DNA of 64,000 nt from assembly GCA_963725865.1 (NCBI GenBank), contig CAVSAC010000012.1, forward strand, positions 256,001-320,000, read 5' to 3'. Both the position numbers and the translations under genes were made by a program. The notes beneath the pieces are model-generated. The model saw only the letters and a program-made list of their open reading frames with translations, had not been told where the DNA came from and ran no database searches. Below are positions 52,585-60,489 of the stretch, one piece after another (position 1 is the stretch's first letter; the number at the start of each line of letters is the position of its first letter). This DNA is from Candidatus Eiseniibacteriota bacterium (lineage in GTDB: Bacteria; Eisenbacteria; RBG-16-71-46).

Positions 52585-53361
52585 CTACATCCCCAGGATG
52601 TGCCAGCCGGCGTCCACGTAGAGCGTGGTGCCGGTGATGCCGCTCGCCATGTCGCTGAGCAGGAACAGGCCGGCGGTGCCGACCTCCTCCTTGGTGATGT
52701 TGCGCTCGAGCGGCGCGGCGCCGCTGTGCTCCTTGAGCATGTCCGTGAAGCCGCGGATGCCGCGCGCGGCCAGCGTGCTGACCGGGCCGGCCGAGATACA
52801 GTTCACGCGGATCTTCTTCGGACCCAGTTCGTACGCCATCTGGCGCGTGCTCTGCTCCAGCACCGCCTTGGCGCTGCCCATCACGTTGTAGTTGGGGATC
52901 GCGCGCGTAGCAGCCAGGTAGGTGAGGGTGACCACGCTGCCACCGTTCTTCTCGAGCAGCGGCTCCATCCGCCCGACCACGTTGATGAACGAGAACGCGC
53001 TCACGTCCATCGCGAGCTGGAACCCCTCGCGCGGCGTGTGCACGAAGCTGCCCTCCAGGTCCTCCTTGCGCGCGAACGCGATGCCGTGCACCAGCGCGTC
53101 GAGCGAGCCCCAGCGACCTTCGATCTTCTGCTTCACCTCGTCGATCTCATAGTCCTTGGTGACGTCGCATTCGGTGGTGAACGCGTGCGGCAGCGTGGCC
53201 GCCAGCTCCTCGACTGTGGACTTGAGGCGCTCGCCCGCGTACGTCAGGCACAGCCGCGCGCCGGCGGTGGCGAGGCACTGGGCGATCGCCCACGACAGGC
53301 TGCGGTGGTTGGCGACACCCATCACCAGTGCGTGCTTGCCTCGCATGTCGATCTGGTACAC
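52585..53361 (-). CDS. fabI: Enoyl-ACP reductase
   Basis: GVANHRSLSW, VHGIAFA, YNVMGSAKA, RVNCISAGP, TLAARGI, YVDAG. Confidence 0.94.
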   Translation of the reverse strand: MYQIDMRGKHALVMGVANHRSLSWAIAQCLATAGARLCLTYAGERLKSTVEELAATLPHAFTTECDVTKDYEIDEVKQKIEGRWGSLDALVHGIAFARKEDLEGSFVHTPREGFQLAMDVSAFSFINVVGRMEPLLEKNGGSVVTLTYLAATRAIPNYNVMGSAKAVLEQSTRQMAYELGPKKIRVNCISAGPVSTLAARGIRGFTDMLKEHSGAAPLERNITKEEVGTAGLFLLSDMASGITGTTLYVDAGWHILGM

Positions 53362-53428
53362 GGCTCCTCCTTGGCGCGGCGCGGCGGGTGGGGCCCGCGC
53401 GCACGGGTCCGGCGCTCAGCGGGTCCGA

Positions 53429-55399
53429 CTACGCGGTCGGCTCCCAGACTCGGATCGGCAGGATGATGGAGTGCAGGCCCCGGAACTGCAGGCGCCGCTG
53501 GATCGCGAATGCCGTCTCCTGGTGCAGGATGCGGGTGAACAGGTTCTCGCGCTGGAACACCAGCTGGCCGAGGAACACCGCGATGCCCCGGAACTCGCGC
53601 GCCAGGCCGGCGCACAACAGCTCGAGCTCCTCGACCGTGTCGGTGCCGAGCGCGTAGCGATATTCGGCATAGTACCCCATGTGGTTCGCCAGCCGGACGT
53701 ACTCCTGCAGGTCGTGCGCCACCTGTTCCTCGAGCGCGTGCATGCTGTCGGCGCCCTTGAAGCGTCCGGAGTCGACCACGCCGGCCGAGACGAACACGAC
53801 GTTCCTGAAGTGCCGCGGCAGCAGCCGCTGGACCGACAGCAGGGTGTGCACGCCGAGGCCGTCGTAGCGCCCGACGCACACGATCGCGGTGGGACCGTTC
53901 GGGGTCAGCGCGGGCTCGGGGACGGGCGCGTGAAACGGCAGATTCAGCAGCGTCTCGTCGAGCCCCTTCAGGATCCGCGCGACGTGGTCGTAGTGGCGCC
54001 GGATCATCACGCAACCGCCCGCGAACACGGTGGTCACGACCAGCGTGACCCAGCCACCCTCACCGAACTTCACCACCGAGGTGACGGCGAGGATCAGCGC
54101 CGTGACGCAGGTGCCGAGCGTGGCGATCGCCAGGCGCCGGCGCCAGTGGGCTTCGGTCGAGCGCACCTGCCACCAATGGCGGACCATGCCGGCCTGCGAG
54201 AGCGTGAACGTGATGAACACGTTGATCGAGTACATCAGCACCAGCAGGCGCAGGTTGCCCTTGCTGTAGGCGAGGATCGCGACGGTCGCGATGCCCATCA
54301 GCAGCACGCCGTTCTGGGTGACGAGGCGCTCCGAGAGGTACGCGAAGCGGCTCGGCACCCAGCGGTCCACCGCCATCACCGCGAGCGTGCGGGGTCCGTC
54401 GATGAACCCCGTCTGCGCCGCCACGAACAGCAGCGCGCCCTCGCTGACCAGCGTGATCACGACGATCGCGGGGCCGACGTCGACGCCCCCCAGGTGCCAA
54501 CCGCCGGTGAGCAGCGCCCACAGCGAGGCGTTCAGGGTGCGGCCGGGCTCGTGCACGACGCCGTTCAGCAGGTAGCAGAGCAGGATGCCGCCGGCCGTGA
54601 ACGAGAGCGAGGTGGCCATGTAGAGCATGGTGCGGTGCGCCGTTTTCACGCGCGGCTCACGCAGGATCTGCACGCCGTTGCTGACCGCCTCGATGCCGGT
54701 GAAGGTGCCGCCCCCGAGCGAGAACGCGCGCAGCAGGATCGCGAGCACGCCGAGCAGGCCCAGTTCGCCGACCGCCGCGCGGGTGTCGCCGACGGTGTCG
54801 ACGAGCAGGTGCCCGACCGCGGTGCCGTGCGAGAGCACCCCCCACACGATGAGCCCGACGTGGGTGAGCACGAAGGCCAGGAAGATCGGCACCAGGACGA
54901 GAATGGACTCGCGCACGCCGCGCAGGTTGAGCAGCGTGAGTGCCGCGATCACCACGAACTCGGTCTCGAGCTTGGCGCCCGCGAACTGCGGCAGCATCGA
55001 GAAGATCGCGTCGCAGCCGCCTGCGACCGACACCGCAACCGTCAGCATGTAGTCGATCACGAGCGCGCTGCCCGAGACCAGTCCGAGCCCTGGCGACAGC
55101 AGTCGCGTGGCCACCAGGTACCCGCCGCCGCCGCTCGGGAACAACTCGATGATCTGGCGGTACGAAGCCGAGATCAGGAACACCGTGAGCACCAGCGCGA
55201 ACGCCAGGTAGAGCGCGAGGTGGGTGTGGTGGCCGAGCGCGAGGAACGCCTCTTCGGGGCCGTACGACGAGGACGAGAGCCCGTCGGAGCCGAGCCCGAC
55301 CCACGCGAAGAACGCGATGAGCGCGAGCTGGTGGTAGATGTGCGGGTCCAGCACGTTTCGAGGTGCGCCGATCAGGGCGCCGCGCAGCCGCTTCAGCAT
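53429..55399 (-). CDS. APC-superfamily permease, KimA/YdaO-like (paralog 2)
   Basis: SDGLSSSSYGPEE, FPSGGGGY, ALVIDYMLT, TGIEAVSNG, MYSINVF; soluble C-terminal domain. Confidence 0.85.
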   Translation of the reverse strand: MLKRLRGALIGAPRNVLDPHIYHQLALIAFFAWVGLGSDGLSSSSYGPEEAFLALGHHTHLALYLAFALVLTVFLISASYRQIIELFPSGGGGYLVATRLLSPGLGLVSGSALVIDYMLTVAVSVAGGCDAIFSMLPQFAGAKLETEFVVIAALTLLNLRGVRESILVLVPIFLAFVLTHVGLIVWGVLSHGTAVGHLLVDTVGDTRAAVGELGLLGVLAILLRAFSLGGGTFTGIEAVSNGVQILREPRVKTAHRTMLYMATSLSFTAGGILLCYLLNGVVHEPGRTLNASLWALLTGGWHLGGVDVGPAIVVITLVSEGALLFVAAQTGFIDGPRTLAVMAVDRWVPSRFAYLSERLVTQNGVLLMGIATVAILAYSKGNLRLLVLMYSINVFITFTLSQAGMVRHWWQVRSTEAHWRRRLAIATLGTCVTALILAVTSVVKFGEGGWVTLVVTTVFAGGCVMIRRHYDHVARILKGLDETLLNLPFHAPVPEPALTPNGPTAIVCVGRYDGLGVHTLLSVQRLLPRHFRNVVFVSAGVVDSGRFKGADSMHALEEQVAHDLQEYVRLANHMGYYAEYRYALGTDTVEELELLCAGLAREFRGIAVFLGQLVFQRENLFTRILHQETAFAIQRRLQFRGLHSIILPIRVWEPTA

Positions 55400-55412
55400 G
55401 AGCCCGTCCGCC

Positions 55413-57413
55413 TCACGCGGCGGAGTTCCGCTCCCAGACGCGGATCGGCAGGATGATCACCTGCACGCCAGCGAACTGGAGGCGCCGCTGGATTGAGAAA
55501 GCGGTCTCGTGGTGCAGCGTGCGCGTGAACAGGCTCTCGCGCTGGAACACGAGCTGGCCCGCGAACACCACCGGGCGCCGGAATTCCTTGATGAGGTCCA
55601 TGCACATGTGCTCGAGCTCCTCGATGAGGTCGGTCCCGAGCGTGTAGCGGTACTCCGCGTAATAGCCCATGCGCTGCGCGAGGTTCACGTAGCGCTCGAG
55701 ATCGGCGCGCACCTTCTGCTCGAGCGCGTCCATGTCCGCGGTGCCCTTGAACTGGCCGGAGTCGACCAATCCCGCCGAGCAGAACACGAAGTTCTTGAAA
55801 TGCCGAGGGAACATCCGCTGGACCGACAGCAGCGTGTGGATCCCGAGACCCGCGTAGGACTCCACCAGCACGATGGCCGTGGGACCATCCGGCGCCAGGT
55901 CGGGCATCGTCTTGGGCTCGGGCAGCGGCAGGTTCGTGAGCACCTCGTCGAGCGAGGAGAGCATCGCCCGCACGCGGTGGTAGTGACGGCGGACGACGAA
56001 GCAGAACGCGATCAGGCCCGCGGTCGCGACCAGCGTGACCCAGCCGCCCTCGCCGAACTTGACGACCGCGGTGACCACCAGGATGCCGCCGGTCACCGAC
56101 GTACCGAGGCTCGCGACGAACATGCGCGCGCGCCAGTGCTCCAGCGTGTGCCGCTCGTTCCACCAATGCCGCACCATCCCGAGCTGCGACAGGGTGAAGG
56201 TCATGAACACGTTGATCGAGTACATGACCACCAGCAGCCGCACCGCGCCGCGGGTGTAGAGCAGCACCAGCCCGGCCGCCATGCCCATCGCGAGGATGCC
56301 GTTCTGCGTGACGAGGCGCTCGGACAGGTGCGCCATGCGCTTGGGCACCCAGTGGTCCACCGCCATCGCGGCCAGCGTACGCGGGCCGGCGAGGAAGCCG
56401 GTCTGCGCAGCGACGAACAGCAGCGCGCCCTCGCTCAGCAGCGTGAGCACCACCACCAGGGGGCCGAAGTGGATGCCGCCGAGCTGCCACCCGTCGGTGA
56501 GGATCCCCCACAGGGCGGCGTTGAGCGTCTTGCCGGGAACGTGCGTGACGCCGTTGAGCAGGTAGCAGAGCAGGATGCCGCCGGCGGTGAACGAGAGCGA
56601 CATCGCCATGTAGAACATGGTGCGCTTGCCGGTCTCGACCCGCGGCTCGCGCAGGATGTCGGTGCTGTTGCTGACCGCCTCGATGCCCGTGAACGTGCCG
56701 CCGCCGAGCGAGAACGCGCGCAGGAACACGAACAGCACCCCCCACACGCCCAGATCGCGCACCGCCATCTGGGTGTCGCGCGCAGTGTCCGCGACCAGGT
56801 GGGGCAGCGCGGCCGAGTGTCCGAGGATGCCCTGCAGGATCAGCACCACGTGGGTGATCAGGAACGCGACGAAGATCGGCAACAGGATCTGCACGGACTC
56901 TTTCACGCCGCGCAGATTGAGCGACGTGAGTCCCACGATGATCACCAGCTCGACGGGGAGCTTGGTCGAGATGAGGGCCGGCGGCAGGAATGAGAAGATC
57001 GCATCGCAGCCGGATGCCACCGAGATGGAGATCGTGAGCACGTAGTCGACGACCAGCGCCGAGCCCGAAACCACGCCCGGGTAGGTGCCGAGCAGCTTGG
57101 TGGCCACCAGGTAGCCGCCGCCTCCGCTCGGGAACAGCTCGATGATCTGGCCGTAGGAGGCCGAGATCAGGAAGATGGTGCCGACCGTCGCCAGCGCCAG
57201 GTACAGCGCCAGGTGCTGGTGCGAACCGAGGTGGAGGAACGCCTCCTCGGGACCGTAGGACGAGGAGGAAAGCCCGTCCGAGCCCAGGCCGACCCACGCG
57301 AAGAACGCGATGAGAGCCAGGGTGTGGTGGATGTGCGGGTCGAGGAGATTCTTGGGACGCCCGATGAGGAGTTCCCGCAGCGCGGCCAGGGCGTCCCACA
57401 ATCGTTCAAGCAC
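55413..57413 (-). CDS. APC-superfamily permease, KimA/YdaO-like (paralog 1)
   Basis: Same motifs as its neighbour; colinear over the full length. Confidence 0.85.
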   Translation of the reverse strand: MLERLWDALAALRELLIGRPKNLLDPHIHHTLALIAFFAWVGLGSDGLSSSSYGPEEAFLHLGSHQHLALYLALATVGTIFLISASYGQIIELFPSGGGGYLVATKLLGTYPGVVSGSALVVDYVLTISISVASGCDAIFSFLPPALISTKLPVELVIIVGLTSLNLRGVKESVQILLPIFVAFLITHVVLILQGILGHSAALPHLVADTARDTQMAVRDLGVWGVLFVFLRAFSLGGGTFTGIEAVSNSTDILREPRVETGKRTMFYMAMSLSFTAGGILLCYLLNGVTHVPGKTLNAALWGILTDGWQLGGIHFGPLVVVLTLLSEGALLFVAAQTGFLAGPRTLAAMAVDHWVPKRMAHLSERLVTQNGILAMGMAAGLVLLYTRGAVRLLVVMYSINVFMTFTLSQLGMVRHWWNERHTLEHWRARMFVASLGTSVTGGILVVTAVVKFGEGGWVTLVATAGLIAFCFVVRRHYHRVRAMLSSLDEVLTNLPLPEPKTMPDLAPDGPTAIVLVESYAGLGIHTLLSVQRMFPRHFKNFVFCSAGLVDSGQFKGTADMDALEQKVRADLERYVNLAQRMGYYAEYRYTLGTDLIEELEHMCMDLIKEFRRPVVFAGQLVFQRESLFTRTLHHETAFSIQRRLQFAGVQVIILPIRVWERNSAA

Positions 57414-57466
57414 CGAGGGAATCTAGGGACTTGCCCGGGGTGAAGCAAGGCCCCTACCGTAGCCCT

Positions 57467-59074
57467 GTGCGCTCGTTCCAGATGCTCTCGGTGTCGCTGG
57501 TCGCGGTGCTGTCCCTGGTGGCGGCGGGCGATGGCCCACGGCCGGCCGGCCGCGTGGTCGCCGGTTCGGCGGCAGCGAACGCCGTCCCCCCGAGCGGCCC
57601 CGGATTCCCGGCGTTCACGCTGTTCGGCTGGGTGAGCCCGCCCGCCGATTCCACGAACGCCCGGCGCATGGACGAGCTGGTGGCCGCCGGCATGACGCTG
57701 GTGCTCCCGTCGTTCAGCGACACTGCCGTCGAGGGGCGCACGGCCGACAATCTCGCGCGCCTCGACCTGCTGGCGCCGCGAGGCCTGCGCGCGATCGTGT
57801 GGGACGAAGGCTTCGCCGGGCTCTACCACCTCGATCCACGCTCGCCGGCCGGGCGCGCGCTCATCGACACGGTGGTGGCGCGCTACGCCGGCCGCGCCGA
57901 GGTGCTCGGCTGGTACCTCGGCGACGAGCCCGGCGCCGCGCTGTTCGACCTGCTCGGTGGCGTCCACGAGGTGCTGCGCGAGCGCGACCCCCAGCGCATC
58001 GCGTGGAACAACCTGCTCGGCCGCCAGGCGTTCGCGACGCGCGACGACTGGCTCGCCTACCTGCGCGAGTACGTGGCGCGGGTGCGGCCCCGCGTGCTGT
58101 GCGACGACCACTACGACTTCGAGGACTCCGGCGACCACGGCCAGTTCGTGGAGAACGCAGCCGGCCTCGCCGCGGTCGCACGGGAGAGCGGGCTGCCGTT
58201 CTGGTCGATCGTGCTGGTGACGCCGCACCTGAGCTATCGCCAGGTCACGCCGGGCCTGCTCGCCTGGCAGGCCGCGCACCTGCTGGCGCACGGCGCGCGG
58301 GGCATCGGGTTCTTCACCTACTGGTCGCCCGCGCCCGATCCGGTCACGCAGTGGGGCGACGGCCTGATCGCGCGCGACGGATCGCTCGGTCCGCTCTACG
58401 CCCCGCTCGCCGCCCTCGCGCCGCGGCTGCGGGCGGCGGGCGAGACGCTCGCAGCCGCGACGTGGCTCGCCACCGAGTACGCGGGCTCCTGCCCAGTGGG
58501 GGGCACCCGGTTCGCCGCCGACGACTGGATCCTGGCGGTCGACGGCCGCGCGGCGCTCGGTCAGTTCGCCGCCGCGGACGGCGCGCGGCTGGTGCTGGTC
58601 GCGAACAGCGACTCCGCGAGCGCGCAGACGCTCGCACTCACGCTGCCGCACGCGCGCAGCGTGGAGCAATGCGGCGCCACGGCGGACGAGTGGAGCGCGG
58701 TGCCCGGCGCGCCCGGCGACGGCGGCGCGCGCGTGACGCTCGCGCTCGCGCCCGGCGACTTCGCGCTGCTGCGGATCCGCGGCGACTTCGGAGCGTTGCG
58801 TGCGGGCGCGGGCCCGGCGCTGCGCGTGTGGCCGAGCCCCGCGCGCGGTGCGGTGCGCCTGAGCTACCAGGGACTCGCCACGGGCGCCGGGCTGGAGGTG
58901 CTCGATGCGGGCGGCCGGCGCGTGTGGCGCGCGCGTCCCGCGGCCGGCGCCGGCGTGGTGACGTGGGACGGCGCGCGCGAGTCCGGCGGGCGCGTGCCGC
59001 CGGGCATCTACTTCGCGCGCCTCGAGGACGCGCGCGGCGTGGCGGCGGTGCGCATCGCGTGGCTGGGCCGGTGA
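57467..59074 (+). CDS. Secreted glycoside-hydrolase-like TIM-barrel protein with FlgD/T9SS-A-like CTD; start uncertain
   Basis: Signal peptide, GWYLGDEP, CDDHYDF, GARGIGFFTYW; CTD WPSPARG...LDAGGRRV...WDG...PGIYFARL. Confidence 0.7.
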   Translation: MRSFQMLSVSLVAVLSLVAAGDGPRPAGRVVAGSAAANAVPPSGPGFPAFTLFGWVSPPADSTNARRMDELVAAGMTLVLPSFSDTAVEGRTADNLARLDLLAPRGLRAIVWDEGFAGLYHLDPRSPAGRALIDTVVARYAGRAEVLGWYLGDEPGAALFDLLGGVHEVLRERDPQRIAWNNLLGRQAFATRDDWLAYLREYVARVRPRVLCDDHYDFEDSGDHGQFVENAAGLAAVARESGLPFWSIVLVTPHLSYRQVTPGLLAWQAAHLLAHGARGIGFFTYWSPAPDPVTQWGDGLIARDGSLGPLYAPLAALAPRLRAAGETLAAATWLATEYAGSCPVGGTRFAADDWILAVDGRAALGQFAAADGARLVLVANSDSASAQTLALTLPHARSVEQCGATADEWSAVPGAPGDGGARVTLALAPGDFALLRIRGDFGALRAGAGPALRVWPSPARGAVRLSYQGLATGAGLEVLDAGGRRVWRARPAAGAGVVTWDGARESGGRVPPGIYFARLEDARGVAAVRIAWLGR

Positions 59075-59766
59075 AGGTGCCCGCGCGCCCGCGCACGCTC
59101 GCAGTACTCACGCGCGCCATCGTGGCGTGCGAGCGCTGCCCGCGCCTGCGCACGCACTGCGAGCGCGTCGCGCGCGAGAAGAAGCGCGAGTTCCGCGATC
59201 AGGTGTACTGGGGCCGGCCGGTGCCCGGCTTCGGCGACGCCCGCGCGCGGCTGCTGGTCGTGGGGCTGGCGCCGGCGGCGCACGGCGGCAACCGCACCGG
59301 CCGCGTGTTCACCGGCGACTCGAGCGGCGACTGGCTGTACGAGGCGCTCCATCGCTTCGGCTTCGCGAACCAGCCGCGGAGCATCGACCGCGACGACGGC
59401 CTGCGGTTGACCGGCGCCTACGTCACCGCCGCCGGCCGCTGTGCGCCGCCCGACAACAAGCCCACGCGCGAGGAGCTGGAGCGCTGCCGGCCGTTCCTCG
59501 CCGCCGAGTTCGCGCTGCTCGATCGCGTGCGCGTGGTGATCGCACTCGGCGCGATCGGGCACGAGGCCTGGCTGCGCGCGTCCGGCTGGTGGGAGCGCCT
59601 GGGGGCCCGCGAGCGCCCGCGCTTCGCGCACGGCGCGGAGACCGCGCTTGGAGGCATGACGCTGCTCGCCTCGTACCACCCGAGCCGCCAGAACACCAAC
59701 ACCGGCCGGCTCACACGGCCGATGTGGTACGCGGTCTTCCGGCGCGCGCGGGCGCTGGTGGACTGA
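59071..59766 (+). CDS. Uracil-DNA glycosylase family 5 (UdgB-like, Fe-S)
   Basis: CERCPRL, GLAPAAHGGNRTGRVFTGD, CAPPDNKP, YHPSRQNT; GTGA overlap with the upstream stop. Confidence 0.92.
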   Translation: MKVPARPRTLAVLTRAIVACERCPRLRTHCERVAREKKREFRDQVYWGRPVPGFGDARARLLVVGLAPAAHGGNRTGRVFTGDSSGDWLYEALHRFGFANQPRSIDRDDGLRLTGAYVTAAGRCAPPDNKPTREELERCRPFLAAEFALLDRVRVVIALGAIGHEAWLRASGWWERLGARERPRFAHGAETALGGMTLLASYHPSRQNTNTGRLTRPMWYAVFRRARALVD

Positions 59767-59874
59767 GCGAGCGATGTCCCGGAATCGCCCGTGGGCGCGA
59801 ACTGCGCGCCGCTGGCGATCCCGCGGGTGGCGCTCCGCCGCCGATGCCGCGATCGGCGCGGCTCGCCCCGCCCG

Positions 59875-60336
59875 CTACTCGAAGTAGCCCTCCATCAGCC
59901 GCGCGATCCAATCGGGCACTCGCGCGTCGTCGCGGCGGTCGAACGCCGGGACGTAGGGCTTGAGGTCCAGCACCGGCGTGCCGTCCACCGCGTCGAGCCC
60001 GCGCACCACCACGCGCCCCGGCTCCACGCGCACGATCCGGGTGGCGGTGACGCCGATCGGATTCGGCCGGCTGCGCCCGCGCTGGGCGAACACGCCGAGC
60101 ATCGGCATGTCGTCGCGCCCGCGCGGCCGCCGCTGGATGCGCACCAGCTCGCCGGTGTCGCGGTGCATGAAGAACACCACCAGCACGTGCGAGAACTCCG
60201 CGAGCCCGGCCACCCCTTCCACGAACTCCTCGCCCAGCTCGATCACCGACTCCACTCCGCCCCAGCCAAAATCGTCGCCCACGTCGTGCCGCTCGTTGCG
60301 CACGGTCCCGATCACCTTCAACGAGATCGCATCCAT
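59875..60336 (-). CDS. tsaA: TrmO/TsaA-like SAM-dependent tRNA methyltransferase domain protein
   Basis: GVFAQRGRSRPNPIGVT, GLDAVDGTPVLDLKPY. Confidence 0.85.
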   Translation of the reverse strand: MDAISLKVIGTVRNERHDVGDDFGWGGVESVIELGEEFVEGVAGLAEFSHVLVVFFMHRDTGELVRIQRRPRGRDDMPMLGVFAQRGRSRPNPIGVTATRIVRVEPGRVVVRGLDAVDGTPVLDLKPYVPAFDRRDDARVPDWIARLMEGYFE

Positions 60337-60489
60337 GTCGCGCAGCGTAGCACCCACGCAGCGCACGTGCCTCGCGAGCGCGCAGCCATCGCGTGGCGCC
60401 CACTCGGGGGCGCTCGACGTCCACCCGTCGTGGGAGTACCGTCTTTCGCAGTCGATCGCTGCTGGATTCCACGGATCGAAGGTCGCCGC

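Noticed and set aside
57414..57466. c-di-AMP (ydaO) riboswitch upstream of the KimA-like genes
   Set aside because: The intergenic gap is only about 50 bp, and the characteristic motifs are absent.
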